From NCBI RefSeq assembly GCF_006345805.1, contig NC_043003.1, forward strand, positions 61,690,001-61,754,000: a DNA stretch of 64,000 nt. The letters run 5' to 3'. Origin of the DNA: Octopus sinensis (taxonomy: Eukaryota). This document shows positions 26,042-38,789 of this stretch, piece after piece. The position numbers and the translations under genes were made by a program. Within the stretch, counting starts at the first letter, position 1, and each line of letters starts with the position of its first letter. The notes beneath the pieces were generated by a model. The model was not told where the DNA came from. It saw only the letters and a program-made list of their open reading frames with translations, and searched no databases.

Positions 26042-27339
26042 ATATGATCACTTTTGTATCACTGATCTTGAGAGTCTCAGGATCAGCAACTTCTTTTTGT
26101 AATGGTTAACTTTGAATTCTTTTTTGCCCATCAAATTCATTAAATTCTAAATATTGTTAGAAAAGCTCTAAGCCTCGCAAATTACACCTTGATAGCCCAT
26201 CTACTGCTGACCTCACACCTATACAGTCAATGTATTTCATATGAAATATTGTCATGGAGGAGTTAAAGCCACCCTCCTTAATTTTATATGAGAATTGTTA
26301 GGTTCAAAGTACAAATAAAAGCAAAGAAGTTGTTTTACAAGAAGCAACACTAAAAGAGTAAAACACAGCACAGCCATGAAAGATATTATCTCTGAATGAA
26401 TACTGTAGTAAATTTACTTTTCAACATTTTACATTGAATATGATATATAGATGACTATTTTAATGTAATGCTACTTCTGTTGCATATAATGGGTTAAAAG
26501 GTTAATGTTAATATGATTATTTTAAATGAGAGGTTTTGTAACACAGACCTAAATGATGTCTAAGGCAAGCTGATATCAGAAGGGTTAAATCAACAGGAGG
26601 TATGTATTTCCTTGTGCCAAGACATTTTAATTCTATTTGCCTCAGCTTGATTATCTTTTCTCATCTCATTAGTATTCATCAACTATCAACAATTCTACAT
26701 AGAGGCTAGACAAAGTCTAAGGCCAAACAATCTATAATTTCTTGATTCATATTCTTTTCATTTTAAAGCAAAGTTTTATTCGAGAAGCAAATAAGCCACT
26801 TAGATCTATACAGACACATCTGTACATACATATGTATGTATGTGTCTATGTACACATACACCCAACAAGCAATCACTCATTTCTGCTCTAGCTTCTCAAC
26901 TCTCACACTAAATTTTCCTTTCATCAGGTCAACATTCGTGTAGTAATTCATTTGTATGTTGCTTTTTTCTTTTTAAATATTATTACATGATTAAATTCAC
27001 TTATAAATAACTGTGTTCCCTTTTAGAGAACAGAACTATACAGCTCATGTTATAAAGCACAACTATTCAACTTACATGGATGGAATACAGAAGAAAATAC
27101 CCAAACAAAAGGGATAAATTAGCTGATTCATCAAACTGATTCCAACAATTATGAATCTCCAATGTTGGTATAATTCTTTAATAATGTAAAATCTATTGTG
27201 TGTACACACCATCATCATTTTATGTCCATTTTCTGTGCTGCTATTGGTTCGATGATCAACACAGTTGGAGCCAGCTCCTATTTGAAATTACTAACATTCT
27301 AGACAAGTTGGGGAATCATGTCTCATTTGCATGAAGAAT

Positions 27340-27745
27340 GACTGTGTGAAAAGCTTGCTTCTCAACTGTAAAGACTTGGGTTCAATCCCATAGTACATCA
27401 CCTAGAGAAAGTGTTTTCTACCTGTGCCAACCAAAGCTCCTGGTGAATTCAACAGATGGAAACTGAAAGTAGTTGTGCGTGTACATGTGTGTGTGTGTGT
27501 GCATGCGTGCATGTGTGTGAGTGCTTGTGTATGTATTTGTGTGTGTCCTTATCTAGATATCTAGTTACGATTGTCAATGAGCATCATTGTCATAGATGTG
27601 AGAATGTTCATTTGCAGTGTTCTGTGAAAAAACATGTCAATTCTGGAAAATATTAACTTTCTTAGAATCAGGTGAAGGTTGGTGACAGGAAAAGCATCTG
27701 ACTGTAGAAAAATCTGTCTCAACAAATTCCATCTAACCCAAGCAA
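27340..27745 (+). mobile_element. Bipartite SINE (degenerate head + tail B)
   Basis: Head ..gggttcaatccc..ccaaccaaagc..gatggaaactgaaag; tail ..ggtgaaggttggtgacaggaaaagcatc..acccaagcaagcat. Confidence 0.65.
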
Positions 27746-27770
27746 GCATCCAAAAGTGTATTCTTCTATT

Positions 27771-28124
27771 CTTTTACATGTTTCAGTCATTTGACTGAGG
27801 CCATGCCGGAGCACCGCCTTTGGTCGAGTGAATTGACCCTGGGACTTATTCCGTCTAAGCCTAGTACTGATTCTATTGGTCTCTTTTTGCCAAACCGCTA
27901 AGTTACTGGGACATAAACACACTGACATCGGTTGTGAAGTAATGTTGGTGGGGCAAACACAGACACACAAACACATACACACATATACATATACTTTCAG
28001 TTTCCATCTATTTAAATCCACTCACAAGGCTTTGGTTGGCCCAAGGCTATAGTAAACACTTGTCCAAGGTGCCATGCAGTGGGACTGAACCCACAACCAT
28101 GTGGTTGGTAAGCAAGCTACTTAC
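27771..28124 (-). mobile_element. Head+tail A SINE, 5' tip lost
   Basis: Family consensus truncated at ctacttac. Confidence 0.85.
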
Positions 28125-28129
28125 TTAGG

Positions 28130-28419
28130 TATCCTAAATAACAAAAACTATCAAACAACGGAGACCCAGACTGTGTTAGTGAAAGATTTATTCAGTTAAA
28201 TACAGGAAGGCGACAGCCACTAGTCAACCCTTACTAGAATAGAAACTCGTACTAGAATAGTCAGCTCTTACTAGAATAGAATAGAAATCAACTTCGCTGC
28301 AGACAAGCTCCCTAGCTAGCTCATGGCAAAGTTTCTGTCTACAGTTCGTCTGTCATAAATCCTTGGACACTGCCCCACAAAACTCTATTTTCAAACATTA
28401 TTTCCTATCTATTCTTACA
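28130..28419 (-). mobile_element. Possible solo LTR
   Basis: Minus strand begins TGTAAGAATAG; AATAAA near 28190; three tactagaatag repeats; no clear TSD. Confidence 0.35.
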
Positions 28420-28430
28420 GTTAATTATTC

Positions 28431-28818
28431 CTCTTTTACTTGTTTCAGTCATTTGACTGTGGCCATGCTGGAGCATGGCCTTTAGTCGAGCAAATTGACC
28501 ACACGACTTATTCTTTGTAAGCCTAGTAATTATTCTATCGGTCTCTTTTGCCGAACTGCTAAGTTACGGGGACTTAAACACACCAGCATCAGTTGTCAAG
28601 CAATGTGGTGACACACAAACATACACACACACACACACACACATATACATATATACGATGGGCTTCTTTCAGTTTCCGTCTACCAAATCCACTCATAAGG
28701 TTTTGGTTGGCCCGAAGCTATAGTAGAAGACACTTGCCCAAGGTGCCATGCAGTAGGACTGAACCCGGAACCATGTGGTTGGTAAGCAAGCTACTTACCA
28801 CACAGCCACTCCTGCGCC
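28431..28818 (-). mobile_element. Head+tail A SINE, full length
   Basis: Matches the family consensus. Confidence 0.9.
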
Positions 28819-28896
28819 TATGAATCTTCTACTTACAAAGCCTTCCTTCTCTATCAGCTTGCCTGTGATCCCTTTGCACTTCTTGAGCAGCTACAG

Positions 28897-29146
28897 CAGT
28901 GGTTTTCAACCAGGGTCCATATGGCCCTTGGAGGTCCATATAAGATTTTGTTGCTAAAACTAATCTGCAACAACTGGTTATACTCTTACAATACACAAAA
29001 TATTTTAAGAATTTTTTTTAATACAATTCCTAATAATATTTAATTACAAAAAATATTATATTTTAAAAATCAAATGACTATGAGGGTCCACACAAGTAAA
29101 ACAAGAATCAAAGGGTTCCATGGCTAATAATGGTTGAGAACCATTG
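28897..29146. mobile_element. hAT (Buster/Charlie-type) MITE
   Basis: TIR cagtggttttcaacc / ggttgagaaccattg; 8-bp flanks agctacag / atctataa with central TA. Confidence 0.8.
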
Positions 29147-29162
29147 ATCTATAATATCTTAT

Positions 29163-29405
29163 GGATTTACCTGTTTCTTTATTACCCACAAGGGGCTAAA
29201 CATAGAGGGGACAAAAAGGACAGACAAAGGGATTAAGTCGATTACATCGACCCCAGTGTGTAACTGGTACTTAATTTATCGACCCCAAAAGGATGAAAGG
29301 CAAATTCGACCTCGGTGGAATTTGAACTCAGAACTTAACGGCAGGCGAAATACCGCTAAGCATTTCTCCTAGCGCGCTAACATTTCTGCCATCTCGCCGC
29401 CTTTT
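29163..29405 (-). mobile_element. Meta-domain-like SINE with 11-bp TSD
   Basis: TSD taatatcttat at 29152-29162 and 29406-29416. Confidence 0.88.
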
Positions 29406-30650
29406 TAATATCTTATAGATATACCATAAGCATTTCGTACTAACTCCTTTTCTGCATATTGGTCATGGCCATTTCCTTTTTATGGTTGTAGGGTCTTATT
29501 TTCTTTCCTACTTAACTCCAGTCTTTACTTGTCTTTCAGACAATATTCCTACTATAAGAGAATCAATTATAAATTTAATACCAAAACTTATAAATCAATA
29601 TCTATTTGAAAACCAAATAACTCGTATTTTTAAGAACAGTTTTAGTAAGTAATGCAATTACTTCTAAAGTTAAGGAATAAAAAGGTGTACAGCCAAAGTG
29701 AATAAAAATATCTCTTGGCAACAGAGTAAAGGAAGTTTGAAAATAGATCTCCATCTGCTGTCTCATTTATCACTACAAACAGACCTTTGCTTTGTTTTGT
29801 CAAGTCAACAGAATGCACTTGACCACAAATTTTATTTCCTTGTCTCTATTACAATCCCAAAAATGCTATTCATGAGAAAGTAAAAAAAAAAATAAATAAA
29901 ATAAAATAAAAAAAATTATATATATATAAAGAACTGTTTATCCACTAGCATTTAGCTATAATATATTTACATTTCCCTAGTCTGCTGGACTGACTGACTG
30001 TGATGTATTTCTCCTACTATTGCATTCTTTCATTAAAATCAAAGATAGTCAGATTCAACTCCTTCCTTTATCACTAAAGCACCACACAATGTATAGATTC
30101 TAACATTATATTGATTGCATCAATGTTTTATATTACAATTCTTACTGCCAACTCATTTAAATTCTTTACTTTTTTTCTTTCTTTTTTTTTTTTTCACAGA
30201 CAAGTTATTCAGTTAGTTGTATTAATTGGCTCGTTATAAAATTGAATACTTCATTTATTACTCATCCATGAAATCTATCTTCTTCCAAGAGGGTATCCAG
30301 AAATGGAAATTAAGGAAATTAAATGTTGAGGGTCAGTTAGGTTATCATATTGTTAAAACTTGCTTCTTAAAGGGTCTATAATTGTAGGTGACATTAAAAA
30401 GCTTCTGTTGAATCGAAGTCTACATTAGCAGAAAATGAAATCCTGAGTTAAGTATAGTAATGAATCTGGCAACAACTCAGGAGAGAGAGAGAGAGAGAGA
30501 GAAGAGGTGGGGATGAGGGGTGACTAACATCCAAAGTAATTGACTTAATCCAAAATTGAGACAAGATAACCTCCAATGAGGAAGCATCCACAGGGTCATT
30601 CGATCAGCTAGAAATAGCACCTAAATCTTTATCTAATTATACTAAATTAT

Positions 30651-31050
30651 AGCAAGTGTGGCTGTGTGGTAAAAAGTTTGCTTCTAAACCACATGGTTCT
30701 TTGTTCAGTCCCACTGTATGGTACCTCAGTAAGTATGTTCTACTATAGTCACAGGTCAGCCAAAGCCTTGTGTGTAGATTTGGTAGCTGAAAACTGAAAG
30801 AAGTCATCTCTCTTTCTATATGTGTATGTGTGTGTCTTTAATTGTGTTTGCCCCACCACCACCACTTCATAACCAGCATAGGTATGTTTATACCCCAGTA
30901 ACTTAGCGGTTTGGCATCAGAGATCAACAGAATAAATACCAGATTTTAAAAAAAAAAGTACTGGGGTTGATTTGCTTGACTAAAACTTTACAAAGCAATG
31001 CCCCAGCCTGGCCACACTCCAAAGACTTAAACAAGTAAAAGCATAAAAGA
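30651..31050 (+). mobile_element. Head+tail A SINE, diverged
   Basis: Family motifs recognisable throughout. Confidence 0.8.
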
Positions 31051-31194
31051 GACCATCTTAAAAAAAAGTACAAGTTGGTTTATATGGGTTTGGTTCCACT
31101 AATTGTTCGGTTCAATCACCAGGCCATTTTCGTGAATATACCACAGAAAAACAGAAACACTGAGGAAATATAAATTTGAGGTAGAAACAGTAAC

Positions 31195-31620
31195 TCACCA
31201 TCATCATCATTATATTACTGTCCAATCGTCTATGCTTTCACGGGTTGGATGGTGTATACTTTGTTGGTTTTCTACGGCCAGATGCTCTTCCTGTGGCTAA
31301 CCTTTACCTGTTTCCAGGCAAGGTAATATTTCCAAATGACCAGACATTTTGCAGAATATTGGGAATGAATGATGTTGATTTACAGCAATCATGTGATACC
31401 AAGATAAGGAGACACAAACATACACACACTTACACATGGACACATACACGCATACTCACACATGCATACACACATAATCCACTCAAAACACTTTGGTCAA
31501 CCCAGGGCTATAGCAGATGGCATTTACCCAAGAAACCATGCAGTGGGACAGAACCTGAAACCATGTGGTTGGGAAACAAGGAAAACTTTTCAACCACATA
31601 GCCACATCTGTGCCTAATTC
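31195..31620 (-). mobile_element. Bipartite SINE (head + tail B)
   Basis: Tail B at 31195-31420, CA hinge, reverse head to 31620. Confidence 0.7.
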
Positions 31621-31667
31621 AGATTTACATAAAACTATTTTATGTTCCTTAGATTGGTAATACTGTC

Positions 31668-32108
31668 AAGGTGGCGAGCTAGCATAAATGTTAGCACACC
31701 AGGCAAGATGCTTAGCAGTATTTCGTTTCTCTTTATGTTCTGAGTTAAAATTCCGCCGAGGTTGACTTTGCCTTTCATCCTTTCAGGGTTGATAAATTAA
31801 GTACCAGTTGCATACTGGGGGTCAATCTAATTGATTGAACCCCTTCCCAGAAATTTCGGGCCGTGATCCTAGAGTATAAAAGAATATTTCTTTAAGGCAG
31901 TGAGCTGGCAGAAACGTTAACATGCCAGGCAAGATGCTTAGTGGTATTTCGTCTGTCTTTACATTCTGAATTCAAAATCCGCCAAGGTCGACTTTGCCTT
32001 TCATCCTTTTGGGGTTCATGAAGTACTAGTTGAGTAATGGGAGCGATCTAATCGATTGGTCCCATCTCCAAAAATTTCAGCCCTTGTGCCTAGAGTAGTA
32101 AAGAATAT
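31668..32108 (+). mobile_element. Two tandem Meta-domain-like SINEs (31668-31893, 31894-32108)
   Basis: Each runs aagg..gagct.gca..gttgactttgcctttcatccttt..cctagagta.aaagaatat. Confidence 0.85.
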
Positions 32109-32597
32109 TGTCAATAATTACACACACATATACATATATAATATAGATACAAAACAGGCTTCCACACAGTTTCTGTTTATGAAATTCACTTACAAGGTTG
32201 ATCTGGGGCTTGTTCAAGGTGTCAGGAATGGTTCATATGCATGACACATTTTTTTTTTTGAAATCTCTGACACTGATGGAAAAAAGATAGATCTTATTTT
32301 CAGACTAGTAACTTGCCAGAATACTTGCAACAAAGTGGAGTCTGGTAAAGGCTCCAAAGAGCCAAGTGATAGTGTTAAACTGGACAATGGATTGAGACTA
32401 TTACCCAAGAACAATCCTTTCAACGGGCATCCACAGTTTGTGTCAGGCAAATTTTTTTTACAAGCTTTTGGCTGATCTGAGACTATGGTGAAAAATATTT
32501 ATCAAACATGACATACAGTTAGATTAGAAGACGTGGCTGGCAACGATAATGGCAAATGTGGAAGAACAACTAAGCCTTTGCATCTGTTTTTTTGCAG

Positions 32598-32663
32598 TAG
32601 AACTGGGAGTAGGTACCCATTACAGCCGCAACTGCAATCAACCTTCGGATGCAGTCTGCATTC
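32598..32663 (+). other. Candidate 66-nt exon (ELGVGTHYSRNCNQPSDAVCI or an alternative frame)
   Basis: ctgtttttttgcag acceptor, gtaagt donor, length divisible by 3; unverified. Confidence 0.25.
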
Positions 32664-33374
32664 GTAAGTGAAGTGGTGAACTCATTGGTAGGAACCTGCT
32701 CCATCCACCTGAGGTGAATGCAGCCACAAGTACCTATTAGTAGTAAGTTAAATTGAAGTGAAATAGCATAGTTTTAAAGTGAATTTATTAACCACAGAGC
32801 CATATCTAAGTACTCAGCTCGTCTCTTTCTAAATCAACAAACTGATCACTATATAACCTCCAAATGTGGAATTTTACTGATTAAAAAGGTAAAGATTCAA
32901 TTGAAAAGAAAAAGGAATTTAATTGGTAGGAATCAACCTGCAAAAATTCCAAACAAACGAAATCATTTAACAGAGAATCCTGAACAATACTTGGCATCAC
33001 TTTGTATTCTAATAGTTAATTAGAAGCTTTATATCAGCAGAACTTTAAACCTCTTTTAAAACCAACTTGTCTAAAACTACTCATTGTAAAGTGTTTAAAT
33101 TTGAATGAAAATATCGATTGAAATTTCATTATAACTTGACTGATATTGTGAGCTCCGTTAGTCAACAGCAATATCATATATCAAATACATGTTACAGATA
33201 TTTTATTAAACCTATCTAAATTCTTGATTATATCAAAAATTAATTCAAATAGAGGCAGTCTACTCATAGGAAAGATAATCATACAAGGGTTAAATGCAAT
33301 AAACCGGATGAGAAATTTTGCGTAAATGAACTTCAGAGGCAGACATATTGACTAGCATTATAGCATAAATTAGA

Positions 33375-33541
33375 AATGTGTGATAAGAAGCTTGCATCCC
33401 AACCACATGGCTCCAGGTTCAGTCCAACTGCATGGCACCTTCAGCAAGTGCCTTCCGCTATAGCCTTGGGTCAACCAAAGTCTTGTGAGTGGATTTGGTA
33501 GAGTGAAACTGAAAGAAGCCTGTTATCATCATCATCATTAT

Positions 33542-33579
<38 letters not shown>

Positions 33580-33950
33580 TCTCGGAGTGGTTGGCATAAG
33601 GAAAGGTATCCAGCTGCAGAAACTCTGCCAGATGATATTGGAGCCTGGTGCCTAAAGTCAAACCATCCAACCTATGCCAGCATGAAAAGCAGACATTAAA
33701 CGATGATGATGATGATGATGATGATATACACATGTGTATGTGTGCATAACTTTGTGACTGTGTTTGTCCCCCACCACTACTTGACAACCAGCATCAGTGT
33801 GTTTATGTCACCATAACTTAGCGGTTTGGCAGAGGAGACTGATAGAATAAGCACCAGGCTTCAAAAAGATAAGTGCATGCAACTAAAAAGAAATTCTTCA
33901 AGGCAGTGCCCCAGCATGGCTGCAGTCTAATGGCTGGAACAAATATAAGA
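33375..33950 (+). mobile_element. Head+tail A SINE with an RTE 3' tip (33578-33723) nested in its hinge
   Basis: Order is head, microsatellite, RTE tip ending (gat)n, then tail A. Confidence 0.75.
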
Positions 33951-35279
33951 CAAAAATACATACCCACAGACATGCATGTACATTTACGCACACATTATGT
34001 ATTAAGGTTATTTCTATAGAAATTATAGCTAACACTGATTTTTGCTACAATGTTTCATATACGAGACAACAGATGTAAACAATGAGATTGAAGTTGAAAA
34101 ACAGGTAAGGGGCGTATATGCCATATTTTGAGATGTTTGGCCTACAAGTCAATTATATATATATACATAGGATTGTTTCATTAAAGTCATGTATCGCCTT
34201 GACCTTTGAAACGTGGAGTAGATGAAACAAAGGTGACTGAAGAAGGGGAATTTTCCTTGTTTTGTATGTCCTGTACTCTATTTTTTCGTTGTTTAAGAAA
34301 AATGCCCATTTCCTTGGTTCTGTGTTTATGTTTTCGTTTCTCATTGTGTTCGACGTTTTTTTTGGTGTCCTGTACCCATATATGCATGTATATATACACG
34401 TAGAGGTAGGTACGTACATATATGTATGTATATATGCATATGTTTTATTTATTTATTAATTTATTATATGACGGAACGCACGCATCCATTTCTAAGTAAG
34501 ATTGTTCTTTATATATATATATATATCCACACATACACACACAAAGATATGTATGTATATAGCAATTTGCATGTCATACTTACAACAGATACATCATGAA
34601 ATGCCATATTAACTGCTGTATTTGTCCTGAGATAATATCTCCTAATGACATGCAGTGTTAAAAAGTAGCAAACAAAAAGTGACCATCAGCAGTGATGCTA
34701 GTGCTAGATGTGTCTTTGGGCTTCATCAGTAGCAAGTACTCAGTAGCATCAGCATGCTAAGACAAAATCCAGTGTTACAGATATAGAAAAACAGTGACTG
34801 AAAAATGCTGATTCTACATTAAGCATGTTATGTAGATTGGTATTTTAAACTAATATTGTCCTGGTGCATATAATGAATTTTTATTCAACCAGGCATCTAA
34901 ATGCAACATCAGTGAAATTTTTTACATCAGTAACAACGAATTCTGTCTTGGTGCACACACACATATTACTATATTTCATATTACAAGTGAGGTGTAAAGT
35001 GCTTCTAGATATGCTATAATTTTTGAAATATTAAAATATTCCTGTCGTGCAGTACACTTACATTTTAGCCTAATGTAAAATTCTTCGGTTTCACTAAATT
35101 CTGTATATTCATAGTTAATATGTATTTTAGCATTACAACAGATTCAAGAACATTCTGGAAACCATAAATTGTAATTTCAAGAAATCATTAAAATTTGATT
35201 CCTTTAAATATATAAAAAAATTGTTATTATGTAAAACACATTAAAATTTTCATGAACACATTTAAAACCATTATGAACA

Positions 35280-35286
35280 TATATAA

Positions 35287-35327
<41 letters not shown>

Positions 35328-35594
35328 CACCACACATGTATATATTATATATATATACATACACCACACATGTATATATATAATATAATATATATATATA
35401 TACATACCCACACATGTATATATATATATATATATACTACACCACACATGTATATATATATATAATATAATATATATATATATATATATATATACATACA
35501 CCACACATGTATATATATATATATATATATATAATATACATACACCACACATGTATATATATATATAATATATATATATGTACATATATATATG

Positions 35595-35625
<31 letters not shown>

Positions 35626-35626
35626 G

Positions 35627-35695
<69 letters not shown>

Positions 35696-35720
35696 ATATG
35701 TATATATATATATATATATA

Positions 35721-35790
<70 letters not shown>
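35280..35790. repeat. (TA)n tract with an embedded tacatacaccacacatgt minisatellite
   Basis: Six copies of the motif between 35320 and 35555, separated by variable TA runs. Confidence 0.9.
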
Positions 35791-35794
<4 letters not shown>

Positions 35795-36073
35795 TCATAT
35801 ATCCTTTCAATCCTCAATTTACCACAAGATTAATTCTGTTTCCGTAAAAGATGCTACATGTATTCTTTCGAAAAATAGTTTCTTTTAAAACATATAGCTA
35901 AAGTAGGGTATCGTAATTTCTCTAAAAATATATTCCGAGACATTAATAGGAGTTGCTTTACAAATAATCTTGTCTCTGAAAGCAGCAATGCAAAATATCT
36001 ATTTTACAAAGAAAATATTTTGCCACAGCAATAAAAATGTTTCACAAATGTGTCAAGTGATGTTTGAAATAGG

Positions 36074-36104
<31 letters not shown>

Positions 36105-36239
36105 AGCTGTTTCTGTAATTGAAAAGAGAAAGTGTCATCTTATTCAGGTTGCATATATAAACATGAGATTCCATATAAGACAGTTTCCTTACTTTTCTTC
36201 AATTATTCTACAACTAAAGGAGATAAAATACATATGTAA

Positions 36240-36251
36240 ACAATAATAATG

Positions 36252-36299
<48 letters not shown>

Positions 36300-36354
36300 G
36301 TAATGATAATAACAATAATATATGCATATATGTGTGTGTGTATATATATGTGTG

Positions 36355-36435
<81 letters not shown>

Positions 36436-36660
36436 CTCATATATATTTGTATTTATATATATGTGTATGTATGTATACATATATATATGTATTATGTATG
36501 TATAAGTATAAATATATATATACATACATATATATATACACACACATATACACACACACACACATATATACATATACATGTATGTATATATAGATGTATA
36601 CAATATGTATTTATATGTGTATATATATGAATATATGTGTGTGTGTGTGTGTGTGTTTGA
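36240..36660. repeat. Compound (AAT)n/(TA)n/(CA)n microsatellite
   Basis: Read directly from the sequence. Confidence 0.9.
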
Positions 36661-37767
36661 AAATATATAAATATATATGTGTATATTTATGAGTCTGAGT
36701 GTGTGTGTCTGTCTGTCTGTCTAAAAGAAAAAATTCAATATTATTTGGTTTTATTAAGTGTGGAAACCTAGATTTCTACCTAATTATGCTTATAAAATGT
36801 TTTCAAAATGTAGGTTATCTTCAAAAATAGCTTTTTTCAGTCTTCTTCACATATAAAACCATGAAAGAGTACTTGTTACTTTGTAAACATCTTCACTTAA
36901 TAAAACAGCTTTAGAATGCACAAATATAGGTACAAACTAAAACAGATTGGTTAAGCAAAATAATTTCTTATCATTGAGTTTAATGATCCTATTTCAAATT
37001 CAATCTCACCAGTATCCATCTTATTTAGCTGTTAATTTTCCCCTGAACAAACACAGTTCTGATTACACCATTAAAACACTATAATAACGTTATGCGTGGG
37101 CACAAATATAGCTATGTGGTTTAGAAATTCTCATTTGGTCCCAAGTTCAATCTCACCTCAGGATATCAGGCAATATGGATGAGTGTCTTTTATCATAGAC
37201 ACACGTCAACTAATAATTTGGCAGTGAAATTTAGTAGACAGAAACTTTCTCGGCATGGTTTCTTATAGCTGGCTGCCATTCCTAATGCCAGCCACTTTAC
37301 AGAGTGCACTGGGTGCTATATGTATGGCACTAGCATAAATGGGACCACCAATTAATTCACAAGACAAGGCCACCTATCCACTCAACTGACGAGGATATAG
37401 TATCAAGGGAGATAGCTTTATCCAAGGAGACACAGGAGCAGGTGTCTTTTAATACATGAGATATATAGTTACACCTGTTGGAGAAGGAGAAAAAAAGGTG
37501 GTGAAGAGGTGTTAGCGTGTATGCTCAAGTCATAGGTACGTGATACAAGAGAAGTGGTTCAGAGGATTGGATAGAGTAAATGGGTAGGTAAGTTCATCAG
37601 TGTGTGAAAGTAGAGAGAAGCAACAGAGAGGCAGATGAATAGAGATTGAGAAAGAGGTGAGTGAAGTAAAATGTGAATATGGGGGAAGCGTAATATACAT
37701 ATATGTATATCACCATCATCATCATCATTTAACATCTGCCTTTCCATGATAATGACGATGATGATGA

Positions 37768-37808
<41 letters not shown>

Positions 37809-37815
37809 TATATAC

Positions 37816-38362
37816 ATAAATATTAACAGAATGAGAAAAAATCGAAGGCTGTGAAAGTTTTCAGAACATTTATAAAGAGAAGGCCTTACAGCTGTTTCCA
37901 GGATATTTTATATATCCCTTCATCGGAGATGGTGCGAGAAAATGTTTCAGTAATAGTTATTAAAGAGAAGATATGAAATACAGAGTGAAGTGGAAGAATG
38001 AAAACAGATGTGAGATATGTAAGAATATTGTATCTGCAGTTCCATTATTTAAGCAGAATGGTGTATAAGTAAGTTGGAACTCACACACATGGTACTGGAA
38101 ACTTACATATACACCATTTTGCTTACATAATGGAACTGCTAATACAATATCCTTACGTATCTCATGTCTGTTTTCATTCCTCCACTTCACTCTGTATTTC
38201 ATATATTCTCTATAACAACTATTACTTAAACATTTTCTTGCACCGTCTCTGATGAAGAGATATATAAAATATTCCAGAAACAGCTGTAAGACCTTCTCTT
38301 TATAAATGTTCTGAAAACTTTCACAGCCTTGGATTTTTTTATCTCATTCAGTTAATATTTAT
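37816..38362. mobile_element. Fold-back element 1 with an HHR in each arm (Penelope-derived, inferred)
   Basis: ~250 bp imperfect inverted arms with a loop at ~38073-38097. Confidence 0.85.
38245..38292 (+). ncRNA. Minimal type I hammerhead ribozyme (mirror copy at 37883-37930, minus)
   Basis: gtct CTGATGA ..gata-tataaaa-tatt.. GAAA cagctg TA agac; palindromic stem III CAGCUG, GUA site, stem I gtct/agac. Confidence 0.75.
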
Positions 38363-38524
38363 ATATTTGCATGCTAATATATGACCCACGTTGGACACCT
38401 CATTCACATAATCATCAAACCTAGAACTTAACTATAGTCTGTCCATAGCACCTACTCAGCACTACCTGACACCTTTGGATCTTCTTGACACCATTACCTC
38501 TCATACCCTCGATATATATATAAA

Positions 38525-38770
38525 TACTACAAGACAAACCCGGCCTTGCTCGGGATTAAAATAGTTTCTTCTTGTTTTACTTGTTTCGGTATTATAACCC
38601 GGTTTCATTCGGGTCTATGCGGGCCACATTTTAAAAGATGAATAATGTTGCTCTGAAGGCCACACGTTTCAAATGAACAAACTGAAAATTGCTATGCAAA
38701 CTCGCCAGCACTTTTAACATAGGTGTACAAATTTTCAGCTCAATCCGACCACATATGCACACATTATATA
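38525..38770 (+). mobile_element. Helentron/HINE-like non-autonomous element
   Basis: Begins actacaagacaaacccggccttgctcggg; ends ..aaattttcagctcaatccgacc..cacattatata(TA)n. Confidence 0.35.
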
Positions 38771-38789
38771 TATATATATATATATATAT

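Noticed and set aside
32304-32344. 41-nt candidate exon, with similar candidates at 8514, 16790 and 17610
   Set aside because: Plausible splice dinucleotides only; no homology or consistent phase chain
34170-34280. Possible hammerhead (gaaacgtg..ctgaagaagggg..cctt)
   Set aside because: GAAA does not follow stem II; the permuted reading lacks stem I and a cleavable triplet
34720-34740. ctgatgaagcc on the minus strand (also ctgatgaagtc at 7870)
   Set aside because: An isolated core heptamer with no GAAA or stems
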